From an uncultured virus (IMG/VR IMGVR_UViG_3300008448_009590) (taxonomy: Duplodnaviria > Heunggongvirae > Uroviricota > Caudoviricetes), in the IMG/VR virus record IMGVR_UViG_3300008448_009590: 64,000 bases of DNA; one strand, written 5' to 3'. Positions within the stretch are counted from its first letter, which is position 1, and the number at the start of each line of letters is the position of its first letter. Shown one piece after another: positions 30,049 through 39,543 of the stretch. The notes beneath the pieces were generated by a model. It was not told the DNA's origin. It worked only from the letters and a program-made list of their open reading frames with translations, and searched no databases. Position numbers and translations under genes: made by a program.

Positions 30049-30442
30049 TAGAGTTGAAATTGAAGGTATTGATGCGAATACTTATGCTGGAAAAGCAATT
30101 AATGCATGTAAGTTAAAAGCAAGAGGAATTTTTGGAGATGAACTTTTAACTTTTAAACTTTTGGATTTTGTAAGTTTTTTAATGTTAAATAATGAATTTA
30201 CGTCAAAAGGTTATTTTATTAGTGAACATAATAGGGAAGAAATTTATATAAAAATTATAGAAACTGGTGATATACAATTAATAAATGATTTGGAAAAATA
30301 TATTAATCTTAGAGATTCTATAAAAGAATTACAAAGAAAAAAAGATGAATTTTACGATATTATTGAAAAATTAAATAATTTATCAAACTTGAATGATGAA
30401 ACGAGTGTTAATGAAATTGTAGAGTCTTATCTAAGGAGATAA
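30038..30442 (+). CDS. Hypothetical protein
   Basis: 134-aa helical ORF with SD GGAG, in operon. Confidence 0.65.
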   Translation: MKNDRVEIEGIDANTYAGKAINACKLKARGIFGDELLTFKLLDFVSFLMLNNEFTSKGYFISEHNREEIYIKIIETGDIQLINDLEKYINLRDSIKELQRKKDEFYDIIEKLNNLSNLNDETSVNEIVESYLRR

Positions 30443-30444
30443 AT

Positions 30445-31437
30445 TTGATAACCTTAATAAATGGACCTAAAAGTATACATTTAAGATATATTGCTAGAAG
30501 TATTTTAGATTCTGAAAAGATATGGAATTTTGAAGATTATACTGTAAAATATAAAAATGATGGATTCATAATTTTCGATTCAGAAGGAACAAATATATAT
30601 TGCAATAACTCGGAATTGGGTAATATAAACAATGATCTTTTAATAATGACCGAAGGTCAGAAAACTTATCTATTGGAAGAAATAGATAAGTTTAGTCACG
30701 ACATTAATGAAAAAATTGTAGAACATCATTTCATAGATTCTTGGCCTACAACAAGTATAGATAATTTATTCAGTGAAGAATGTTTTTTGGAAAATTATGA
30801 ATCTTTAGAATATGAAATGGAGTATCAAAAACTTTTAGATGACTTGAAGGATGATAGTATAACTAACATATGGACTGGAAGATTTTCTGCTTCTTGTATA
30901 AAAACCCTAAGGGAAAAGTTAGGAACAGAAAATGTAAGAGTTATAAACTTTTTCAGGAATCCTAGTGCTTGCATTTTTGGCAATCAATTAGATCCTGATT
31001 GTCAGTTAAAAAATGGATTAATTTCTATTTTAAATATGGTAATGGTTAAAAATTTACCAAATACCTTTAATATTAGATATGAAGATTTTTTAACCAATAA
31101 AAATTTTCATCTAAATGAAAATCAGATAGATTTTCCGGAAAAAATTGTAAATTATAATGGTATTATTAGTCTTTATGAAAAAGAAAACTATAGATTAGAA
31201 TTAATAAATGAAAATTTGATGGATCAGTTAAATCAAAACTTTTTGGATTTTGACTTGATAAAAAATTTAAAAATTGGAATGAGACCAAATAATTATAAAG
31301 ATTATGAAGGTTTTGAAAAATATATGACGTTATTAGAAAATAATTTAAATTTAGAAATTGCGAATAATATTCCAAAAAACTTTTTTGAATTTTTAGGTTA
31401 TACTCCATTAACAGTGGAACAAATTATCACCGGTTAA
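30445..31437 (+). CDS. Hypothetical protein, possible sulfotransferase-like fold
   Basis: TTG start after AAGGAG; VINFFRNP and IRYEDF resemble sulfotransferase motifs, but the N-terminal PAPS loop (LINGPKS) is degenerate. Confidence 0.35.
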   Translation: MITLINGPKSIHLRYIARSILDSEKIWNFEDYTVKYKNDGFIIFDSEGTNIYCNNSELGNINNDLLIMTEGQKTYLLEEIDKFSHDINEKIVEHHFIDSWPTTSIDNLFSEECFLENYESLEYEMEYQKLLDDLKDDSITNIWTGRFSASCIKTLREKLGTENVRVINFFRNPSACIFGNQLDPDCQLKNGLISILNMVMVKNLPNTFNIRYEDFLTNKNFHLNENQIDFPEKIVNYNGIISLYEKENYRLELINENLMDQLNQNFLDFDLIKNLKIGMRPNNYKDYEGFEKYMTLLENNLNLEIANNIPKNFFEFLGYTPLTVEQIITG

Positions 31438-31441
31438 TTCT

Positions 31442-32320
31442 GTGTCTTTAGTAAATCTGAGAAACTATGATTTAGTTATAACTACTTCATTTGGTTTCAA
31501 ATTTGGAATTTGTGGTCATTTATTTGAAATGATTGAATATTATTGGGCTATAAAAAATTGGACAAATCTAAATCCTTGTATACTATTGTCCGATGGTACT
31601 ACAATAGACGAATTTAATATAGCTTTAAACACGAAATATGATAATCTAGTTGTTGAAAATTTAATATACCATCCTTTTCCAAAACTATTATTGTCAAAAA
31701 ATTTATTGATAGTTGACGGATCTTCAAGACTTGATAATTCGGAAATATATACAGATAATTTTTTTCTATTCAGATGTCATGAAAAAAATTATGACTTTTA
31801 TATAAACAATAAAGCGCAATGTCACTTATTTCAAGATTTTGAAATATATGATGATATTCCTAAAAAAATAAATGTTTTTGATTATAAGAAAAAATTATTA
31901 TATTCAAAATTTAAAAAAATAAATGATGATGTAGAAAATTCTGTAATGTTTTATTTGACAGATGTTAGTAGATTTATGTCTGAAGAAACAATAACTGAAA
32001 TTTCCAATAAATATTCTTTCAACAACACAGTAGTATTTACAAATAAACCAGAACTTTATACAAAAATAAAAACATATAAAGTTCCAGTCCCAGACATGTG
32101 GAATAAATTTTCTACATATGTTTATACTAAATTACCTGGCAAAAAAGATTGTTCCAATAGATTTATTTTAGAGTGTATGCACTATGATAAAGAAGTTGTT
32201 TATGATATAGATTATTATGATAAAGCTTTAGAAATTAGAAAAAAGGATGGAATAAAAAATACATCTTTAGAACAAGGTGATTTTTTTATCAATTATATCA
32301 ATGAACAAATTAAGTGTTAA
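31442..32320 (+). CDS. Hypothetical protein, possible GT-B glycosyltransferase-like
   Basis: GTG start; C-terminal DCSNRFILECMHYDKEVVY loosely resembles the GT-B donor-binding motif. Confidence 0.35.
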   Translation: MSLVNLRNYDLVITTSFGFKFGICGHLFEMIEYYWAIKNWTNLNPCILLSDGTTIDEFNIALNTKYDNLVVENLIYHPFPKLLLSKNLLIVDGSSRLDNSEIYTDNFFLFRCHEKNYDFYINNKAQCHLFQDFEIYDDIPKKINVFDYKKKLLYSKFKKINDDVENSVMFYLTDVSRFMSEETITEISNKYSFNNTVVFTNKPELYTKIKTYKVPVPDMWNKFSTYVYTKLPGKKDCSNRFILECMHYDKEVVYDIDYYDKALEIRKKDGIKNTSLEQGDFFINYINEQIKC

Positions 32321-33293
32321 AAAAATACTGATAGATTATGATAGACCTATTAACAATAGAGCTAAATTAGATACTGGTAAACTCTGTAATTATAAATGTG
32401 AATTTTGTTACTATAAAAATAGTTTGTCTGAGAGAGATGAACTTGATAAAATCTACAAAAGAATAGATTATTTACTTGACTATGGCATAAAAGAAATCGA
32501 TCTTAGTGGTGGTGAAAGTAGTGTAGAACCGAATTGGTTTAATATATTAAATTATTGCCAAAATAAATTTGATAGAATTAGTTGCCTTAGTCACGGAGGT
32601 AAATTTAGTGATAAAGAATTTATTCAAAAAAGTTTCGACTTAGGTTTAAGAGAGATACTCTTTAGTCTACATTGTACGGATGAAAGTGTTCATGATAAAA
32701 TTGTAGGCAAAAAAGGAGCTTTTAAAAATTTAATTAAAGCTATTGAGAACTCCCACCGTTTAAATATTGAAGTTAGATTGAACACAACTGTATATCATGA
32801 AAACTACAATAAAATAGACACTTCTTTTATAAAATCTTTAAACCCCACCCAAGTTAATTTTATTGCTCTCAATTATTGGAGAGACAATAAAGATTTTTAT
32901 CCTATTGATTACGGAACAATTTGTTCCTATGTTTCAAATTATATTGATGACCTTAAGGACTCAACCGAAGTTAATGCTAGATATTTTCCTTATTGTTTTA
33001 TGCCATCAAAAGAAAAATATATAAAAAACCATTATCATCATATATATGACTTTAAAGATTGGAATAAAGCGGTTTATAGTGGAACATTAGACACTAAAAA
33101 AAATTATACGCACAATGAAAAAGTAGAACATTCTTTCTCTGAAGCGGAACGAATGAGAATTTATAGTTACTTTAAAACCGAAGAATGTACAAAGTGTAAA
33201 TATTTTTATATATGTGATGGTATAGAAAATGAACTTAAAGATAAAGTTAGTCCAAATCCTGTTTTTGGAGAAAAGATAAGATTAATATGGTAA
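32301..33293 (+). CDS. Radical SAM enzyme 5 (HxsC-like architecture)
   Basis: CNYKCEFC, LSGGES, FSLH..VHDKIVG..GAF, FPYCF, C-terminal CTKCKYFYICDG. Start set at ATG 32301. Confidence 0.88.
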   Translation: MNKLSVKKILIDYDRPINNRAKLDTGKLCNYKCEFCYYKNSLSERDELDKIYKRIDYLLDYGIKEIDLSGGESSVEPNWFNILNYCQNKFDRISCLSHGGKFSDKEFIQKSFDLGLREILFSLHCTDESVHDKIVGKKGAFKNLIKAIENSHRLNIEVRLNTTVYHENYNKIDTSFIKSLNPTQVNFIALNYWRDNKDFYPIDYGTICSYVSNYIDDLKDSTEVNARYFPYCFMPSKEKYIKNHYHHIYDFKDWNKAVYSGTLDTKKNYTHNEKVEHSFSEAERMRIYSYFKTEECTKCKYFYICDGIENELKDKVSPNPVFGEKIRLIW

Positions 33294-33973
33294 ACATTGA
33301 TTTATCTATTTTAATACTTACGCATAATAGGCCTAAACTTTTTGAAAGAAGTTTAAATTCAATTTTATCATATTTAACTCCAAAAATAGAAGTAATTGTA
33401 AATAATGATAGTTCTGATATAAAAGAAATTGAAAATACTAATGTAAATTATTATTATGAAAAATTTAATAATATATCAAGTGTATATGAATTTTTATTTC
33501 TTAAGTCTAAAGGAAAATATATTTATTTTTTGGAAGATGATGACTATTTGAGGAAGCAATTTTTCGAACAAAGTTTTGATGCTGATATTATAGCTGGAAA
33601 TTATTGTCCTACCTATAAGCCAGATAATACTTTTGAAATAATAAATTTGTTTAAAGATGAAGTTATACACGATAAATGTGAATTTTTAAATAAATTAAAC
33701 TTAGAACATTTACAATTAGGACAATTTATATTTAAAAGAAGTGTAATTGAAGATTTTTATTTTGGAATAGATAACAATATTCATAATGATATTAGACTGG
33801 TCTATCACGCTTCACAAAAGTCGAAGAAATTTAGAATGACCAATAAAGTATTTTACTACCAAACAAAAGATGGTAATGATAATATTTCTTTTCCTGGAAC
33901 AAAAAAAAGTATAAACGTAACGGCATCTTTGGACTTTTTAAAAAATTATGAAATACAAAATACAACATCATAA
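33287..33973 (+). CDS. Glycosyltransferase, GT2 / GT-A fold
   Basis: LSILILTHNRP, EVIVNND, KGKYIYFLEDDD. Confidence 0.85.
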   Translation: MVNIDLSILILTHNRPKLFERSLNSILSYLTPKIEVIVNNDSSDIKEIENTNVNYYYEKFNNISSVYEFLFLKSKGKYIYFLEDDDYLRKQFFEQSFDADIIAGNYCPTYKPDNTFEIINLFKDEVIHDKCEFLNKLNLEHLQLGQFIFKRSVIEDFYFGIDNNIHNDIRLVYHASQKSKKFRMTNKVFYYQTKDGNDNISFPGTKKSINVTASLDFLKNYEIQNTTS

Positions 33974-34850
33974 AGATCAAGATCCGGATCATATTAATAT
34001 TCATTGGGATAGTCTTACTATTTGTCAACTCAAGTGTTCTTATTGTTACGCTAGAAATGAGTATGGTAAAGAATGGGGTAAACTATCTAGTAAAAAAACA
34101 ATTGATGCTGTATTGGATGCTTTAAATCGAAGTAGTTTGAATTTTAATTTGGGTTTGTTGGGTGGCGAACCAACTTTAGGTCCTTATTATTACCATATTT
34201 TAGACTCAATCAGTAAAATGGAGAAATTTAATTGGGTTTATGTTGTAACAAATGCTGAAAAGGATTTGACACTTCACCCACATTATGATAAACTGGCTTT
34301 CCTATTCAGTTACCACCCGGCCGATTGTACGGATGAAAATAGATTTCTCAATAATATACATCATATGCTGGGTAGAGGTTATAAATGTAAAGTGAATGTT
34401 ATGCTTCACCATGATAAAAGTTTATGGCCAAAAATAAAAAATATGTTTGAAACTTTGGAAAAAATACCCAATTTAAAAATACATCCACACTTTTTATATG
34501 GTAATAGTATCACTAAATTGTTTAACTATAGAAAAGATTTTTGGGAATATTTTTCTTTTTTAGAGTCGTATGAAAAAGAATTAAAATATGATGATGATTT
34601 TTTTAATGATTATATTATATTTAGGGATAAATTAACCAATTTTAAAGGATGGAATTGTTACAACAATAATTATGAAATTGACGTTAGAGGTAACGTTGTT
34701 AAATTTTGTATGCCAAAAACTGATAATATTAATCTCATAAGCAATAGAGATTTTTTTAAAAATATAACCAAAACTGTTCCTATGGTTTGTCCACATAAAG
34801 CTTGCAATTGTGATGGTCTTTTAAAACAATTAAAAATTAAAAATGAGTAA
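33948..34850 (+). CDS. Radical SAM enzyme 6
   Basis: CQLKCSYC, LLGGEPT, VTN, SYHP; FKGWNC..FC..CPHKACNCDG. Confidence 0.9.
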   Translation: MKYKIQHHKDQDPDHINIHWDSLTICQLKCSYCYARNEYGKEWGKLSSKKTIDAVLDALNRSSLNFNLGLLGGEPTLGPYYYHILDSISKMEKFNWVYVVTNAEKDLTLHPHYDKLAFLFSYHPADCTDENRFLNNIHHMLGRGYKCKVNVMLHHDKSLWPKIKNMFETLEKIPNLKIHPHFLYGNSITKLFNYRKDFWEYFSFLESYEKELKYDDDFFNDYIIFRDKLTNFKGWNCYNNNYEIDVRGNVVKFCMPKTDNINLISNRDFFKNITKTVPMVCPHKACNCDGLLKQLKIKNE

Positions 34851-35601
34851 GATTGTTGAATGGGAAATTACACTTAAATGTAATTATAAATGTGAGTATT
34901 GTACAAATTTGGATCCTAGTATGCGACCAGAATTGACTGAAGAAAAAATAAAAGATTTTATAAAAAAATTAGGTGAGACATATCCCGGTGTAGAAATATT
35001 TATTTTTGGAGGGGAACCATTTGTTCATCCAAAAATAAATTTTATAATAAAAACATTTAATGAATATAATATTCCATTTGTTATACAGACGAACTTCAGT
35101 AGTTATAGTAGAAAAACAATTCAAAAAATAAAAGATCCATTTAAAATTAATATAAGTGTTCATCCTACAGAAACGTCTATAGAAGATATAGTTCAGGGAT
35201 TAAAAGATACTAAAGTTAATATTAAAACTATAGATGTGATGTACACCGGTAAAGAAGCTATAGATTATTATTTTGCAGTAAAAAAATCTTTAGACCACGA
35301 CAATTTATTTTTAACTCCAGTAACAGACTTTGGTGATGGTCATAGTGATACTTTACTCGCACAATATCTTTCTTTAAAAAACAATTTAATGTATCGAAAA
35401 ATAATTAAATTTGAAGATATTGAAAGACTAGGTAAACAACGAAGTGATCTTTGGATAGATTCTAATTTTAACACTTTTGGAAAACCTTGTTTATATAAAG
35501 ATAAATACTTCCTCTACTCACCCAACTTAGATTTGTATAACTGTTGTTATAGAATCAAAGTCAACAAATTGTGCCCGAAAACAAAATGTTTTCTAATGTA
35601 A
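34843..35601 (+). CDS. Radical SAM enzyme 7
   Basis: CNYKCEYC, FGGEPFVHP, QTN, SVHP; GKPC..NCC..CPKTKC. Confidence 0.9.
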   Translation: MSKIVEWEITLKCNYKCEYCTNLDPSMRPELTEEKIKDFIKKLGETYPGVEIFIFGGEPFVHPKINFIIKTFNEYNIPFVIQTNFSSYSRKTIQKIKDPFKINISVHPTETSIEDIVQGLKDTKVNIKTIDVMYTGKEAIDYYFAVKKSLDHDNLFLTPVTDFGDGHSDTLLAQYLSLKNNLMYRKIIKFEDIERLGKQRSDLWIDSNFNTFGKPCLYKDKYFLYSPNLDLYNCCYRIKVNKLCPKTKCFLM

Positions 35602-35602
35602 T

Positions 35603-36436
35603 ATGAGATATCTTTTAGCCGGAGCTTTTAGTAAGTTTGTTCCCTTAATAAAATTTTTAAGTCAAAACATAGTCGATTCTAAAGAGTTGGTGGTTTATGA
35701 CGGCATTAATAAATGTAAATGGAATGGAGGTAGAATAAACAGGGATGTTTATTATAAAGATAATTTGATAGAATATTATTATAGTAAGAATATCAAGATT
35801 GCTTTAACATTTAGTAATCATAATATTGATTTGACTGACGAATTGGGAAATCATTTACTGGAGAAATTTCACAAAAAAGGAAATGCTTTAATTATTGTGA
35901 ATGATGACTTGAGAAAATATGTTAGAGAAAAATTTCCATTATACGATTTAATTTACAGTATTACTGGAATGGGACTATTAAACATACCTTTACAAGATAA
36001 AGATATAGAATTTTATAAAAAATTGGAAGAAAATTATGATTGGATCGTTCCTAGGTTTGAACACATATTTGATCCTAGGTCTAACGAACTGGACAAAACA
36101 AAGTGGGAAGTAATGCTGAATGATACTTGTGTTTATGGATGTAAACATTGGGATGCACACTTCAAGGCAATTGCAGATGAAAATACCGCCGGTAGACCGT
36201 ATAGTAAGGAAGTGGAAGAATGTTGGCTTCCTAAGTTTGATTTCAACAAAGATAGTAAATATGAATGTATGGATATAAAACCATTAGCGATGGAAAAATT
36301 AATAAAAGATGGAGTTAGGAGTTTTAAAATTACTGGTAGAGAAATGAAAGATGATGAATACTATGGAGAATTAATGAGATTCGTTTTAAATAGCAAATCT
36401 GTTAATATTGTAAAATGGCCAACTGGGAAAAAATAA
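35603..36436 (+). CDS. U32 peptidase-like (Fe-S) protein A
   Basis: CKWNGGRINR, YSITG, EVMLNDTCVYGC..HF, C-terminal GVRSFKITGR. Confidence 0.6.
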   Translation: MRYLLAGAFSKFVPLIKFLSQNIVDSKELVVYDGINKCKWNGGRINRDVYYKDNLIEYYYSKNIKIALTFSNHNIDLTDELGNHLLEKFHKKGNALIIVNDDLRKYVREKFPLYDLIYSITGMGLLNIPLQDKDIEFYKKLEENYDWIVPRFEHIFDPRSNELDKTKWEVMLNDTCVYGCKHWDAHFKAIADENTAGRPYSKEVEECWLPKFDFNKDSKYECMDIKPLAMEKLIKDGVRSFKITGREMKDDEYYGELMRFVLNSKSVNIVKWPTGKK

Positions 36437-37488
36437 AAGTAGTTAGAAAAAAAGAGGACATGCAAGTTGGGCAAATAAAGCCTAAATGTTCTTACAAGGT
36501 TTTACAATTAAACAACAGTTCAATAATGGAGTCTAAGTATGTCGTTACATTTAGAATTACTGAAGCGTGCGACCTCAAATGTAATTATTGTCACTGGCAT
36601 AGTGGTAAACATTACAAATACGAAGATATTATAAAAACGATTGATAAGATATTTGAATTCTTACAAAAAAATAAATTAAAGTCTGTTCTGTTTTACTATC
36701 ATGGTGGAGAACCAACAACACATCCTAAGATAGTTGATATTCTGAAGTATATTCATGATAAGGGAAAACAAACAAATATTATTGCGTCTAATGAGATGCA
36801 AACCAATTTGACTTTAAAAGAATCAAAGTTAAAAGAAATACTACCATATTGTGACCTTTTTAATGTAAGCTTTCATTACTTGGAATTAAAAAGATTAAAA
36901 AAATTTAATAATTTTAATCACAATTGGAATCTTTTAAAAGAAATGAATGTGGAGATTCATAATTTAGATATCATGTTGGAGAATGTGGAGAGAACTCATT
37001 TATTTTATAATGGAGAAATTATTGAAATATATCCAGATGAGTTCTATAGTAGTATTGTAGATTATCTGAAATATGATAAAATTGTTAATAGTGAAATGAT
37101 ATATGGATTTTGTCACTACAAATACCCTCCAGAAATCGAAGCTAAACATATGGAGTTTTATAAAAAATATAATAAAACAGAACAGAAATATCTTATAGAT
37201 GATGTTGAGTATACCACGAATGATTTATTTAAATTCGGTATAGATGCTAGAGGTTGGCATTGTGCAGCCGGTAATGAAAGTATAACAATTAATGGTGATG
37301 GTAATGTTTTTAATTGTGGTATTCATATGACAAACTACATACGAGAAAGTTCTCCAGAAAAAGCATATACAAATTTAGTACATGATGAAATTGGGGTAAC
37401 AAAATTAACTTTATTATATAAAACTGGCACAATATGCCGTTGGGATTATTGTGGCGGCGATTTTTACTTAAGTAGAAAACCCAAATGA
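36415..37488 (+). CDS. Radical SAM enzyme 8
   Basis: CDLKCNYC, YHGGEPTTHP, QTN, VSFH; GWHCAAG..GNVFNC..CRWDYC. True start may lie further downstream. Confidence 0.9.
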   Translation: MANWEKIKVVRKKEDMQVGQIKPKCSYKVLQLNNSSIMESKYVVTFRITEACDLKCNYCHWHSGKHYKYEDIIKTIDKIFEFLQKNKLKSVLFYYHGGEPTTHPKIVDILKYIHDKGKQTNIIASNEMQTNLTLKESKLKEILPYCDLFNVSFHYLELKRLKKFNNFNHNWNLLKEMNVEIHNLDIMLENVERTHLFYNGEIIEIYPDEFYSSIVDYLKYDKIVNSEMIYGFCHYKYPPEIEAKHMEFYKKYNKTEQKYLIDDVEYTTNDLFKFGIDARGWHCAAGNESITINGDGNVFNCGIHMTNYIRESSPEKAYTNLVHDEIGVTKLTLLYKTGTICRWDYCGGDFYLSRKPK

Positions 37489-37500
37489 GGATTGATAATT

Positions 37501-38103
37501 ATGTCAGAAATAATTTCATTGTTTCCAATTAATGTTTTAGTTGAAAAAATAAATGTCGATTGGAATAAAGATAAAGTGATAGAACACATTGAGAACTATT
37601 TAAAAAAACAATGTAAAACTGGAGAAGTAGGAGAAGATTTACACAAACAAGAAGTATTCAGTCCAATAGTAAAATTTATGAATGATAGTGTAAACAACTA
37701 TTGGAAATTATTAAATTATTCCAATCATTTTCCAATTGAAATGACAAGTATGTGGGCTAATAGACATGATAGACATCATGATAGACCACATGATTTGGAT
37801 GTTGATGGACCTGCAATTATATCAGCTGTTTTTTATGTTCAAAAAGAAAGTTCTCAAATGGGAAATTTATATTTTGGAAATCCCATTGAATTAATTTGGC
37901 AAACACAACCACTATCCGAATCGAGGCGCCATGAAAATAGATATTTTGAATTTGATGGTAGAACTGGTGATTTAATTTTTTTCCCTAGTTGGTTACAACA
38001 CGGCATAAGGCAAAATAAAACCGATATACCTAGATATTCTATAGCTGCAAACTTTGAATTGAGAGGTATTAAAATGATTAAACAATTGTCTAAGAAAAAA
38101 TGA
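37501..38103 (+). CDS. 2OG-Fe(II) oxygenase family protein
   Basis: SLFP, MWAN, ISAVFYV, GDLIFFPSWLQHG..N..RYSIAAN. Confidence 0.8.
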   Translation: MSEIISLFPINVLVEKINVDWNKDKVIEHIENYLKKQCKTGEVGEDLHKQEVFSPIVKFMNDSVNNYWKLLNYSNHFPIEMTSMWANRHDRHHDRPHDLDVDGPAIISAVFYVQKESSQMGNLYFGNPIELIWQTQPLSESRRHENRYFEFDGRTGDLIFFPSWLQHGIRQNKTDIPRYSIAANFELRGIKMIKQLSKKK

Positions 38104-38681
38104 AAGTGTCTTTGACAGGTTGGAACGGTTTTCTTTCTAAAAAATTGAGAGAAAGAACAGAAATAAAATGGCAAGAAGATGTGAATGGTAGTGATATACT
38201 TTTTCTTATGGGCAGTCCTACGTTTACGGGTTCTACTTTGGATAAAAACGATTCTCAAGTTATGCACAATTATGTAAAAAATACAATTAATAAAATAGAC
38301 TCCTATTCAAACCCTATTATTTTTGCTAGTACCACTGGTGTGAATGATATTGATTTAAATCATTCGGGAACAACTTGTTATAATTTGTGTAAACTTTACA
38401 TTGAAAATTATATAATGAATAAATGTGAAAATTGGATGATATTACGTATTGGCACTATTATATCCGATAATAAGTATGATATTGATAAAATGCGTTTCGA
38501 TAGAATACAACAGAGAATGCTCAAAAATGATTTTACAAACATAGAGTTTGAAGATAATTATCTATTTGTAGATGAATTTGTAAATACTACAATTAATAAT
38601 ATTTTAAACTTTAATATTGGTATAGTTCATTATAAACTAACAAAAATGACTTTACCAAAATTAATGCTTTTAGGAAAGTAA
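38100..38681 (+). CDS. NAD-dependent epimerase/dehydratase (short SDR)
   Basis: LTGWNGFL, IIFASTTGV, YNLCK (YxxxK), ILRIG. Confidence 0.72.
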   Translation: MKVSLTGWNGFLSKKLRERTEIKWQEDVNGSDILFLMGSPTFTGSTLDKNDSQVMHNYVKNTINKIDSYSNPIIFASTTGVNDIDLNHSGTTCYNLCKLYIENYIMNKCENWMILRIGTIISDNKYDIDKMRFDRIQQRMLKNDFTNIEFEDNYLFVDEFVNTTINNILNFNIGIVHYKLTKMTLPKLMLLGK

Positions 38682-38682
38682 A

Positions 38683-39543
38683 ATGATTACAGTAAAGGTC
38701 GGAGGAGCTGTACAAAAATATAAAAACATATTGATGTTTAATGTTAAAAATAGGTCTTTAATTGATGGTCTACAAATGATTTATTATGATATGCCTAATA
38801 GTTGTATTTGGAATGGCGGCAGAATTAATAGAAATATAGAATTAACTCAAAATATAATAGATACTTACAATCAACAAAAATTTGGATTAGATTTAGGTTT
38901 TACCAATCAAGTCATAATTGATGTTGGAGATGAAGTTGGAAATTATTTGTTGGAAATGGTTTATTCGAATAATCCAAATAAATTGCATGGTGTTATTTTA
39001 GTAAGTGAAACATTAAGAAGATATTTACGTAAAAATTTTCCAGAATTTAAATTAACTTATAGTATCACTGGTCATCCGACTACCGATCAATTAAATTTTG
39101 AGGGATATTATAAAGAACTTGAAGAAAAATATGATATAATTGTACCAAAATATAGTCATTTAGATAATATATTACCTCTAATGTATGAAAATAAGTTAGA
39201 CGCATCCAAATATGAAATACTGGTTAATGACAACTGTAATGTCACTTGCCAATTTTACTCCGAACATTTTGCACAAATATCACATTTAAATTCTATTATA
39301 GAATTTCCTTGGGAAAAACAACACGAACTTAGTTATCAAGTCGAAATAAAACCTAAACTAAAATCTGGTCCAATTAAAAAAGAACCGAATTGTATTCAAG
39401 GTGATCTTCTGGTCAATAATTTACAAAGATTTTATGATGCTGGAGTAAGAAACTTTAAAATTAGTGGTAGAGATTTAGAAGATATTGATTTCGAACATCA
39501 ATTACCAAAACATTTAAGAGAAATAAAATCTATACATGTATAA
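38683..39543 (+). CDS. U32 peptidase-like (Fe-S) protein B, paralogue of 35603-36436
   Basis: CIWNGGRINR, YSITG, EILVNDNCNVTC..HF, GVRNFKISGR. Confidence 0.6.
   Translation: MITVKVGGAVQKYKNILMFNVKNRSLIDGLQMIYYDMPNSCIWNGGRINRNIELTQNIIDTYNQQKFGLDLGFTNQVIIDVGDEVGNYLLEMVYSNNPNKLHGVILVSETLRRYLRKNFPEFKLTYSITGHPTTDQLNFEGYYKELEEKYDIIVPKYSHLDNILPLMYENKLDASKYEILVNDNCNVTCQFYSEHFAQISHLNSIIEFPWEKQHELSYQVEIKPKLKSGPIKKEPNCIQGDLLVNNLQRFYDAGVRNFKISGRDLEDIDFEHQLPKHLREIKSIHV

Noticed and set aside
24267..37488. Radical SAM genes as QueE (7-deazaguanine DNA modification), NrdG or MoaA
   Set aside because: No folE, queD, queC, dpdA, nrdD or moaC partner was recognised in the window, and the Cys-rich tails fit SPASM/twitch-type enzymes better. 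Not excluded without an HMM search.
37761..37795. Short repeat agacatgat in the 2OG oxygenase gene
   Set aside because: A small coding duplication (HDRHHDRPHD) near the metal-binding region; no evidence of a separate element.
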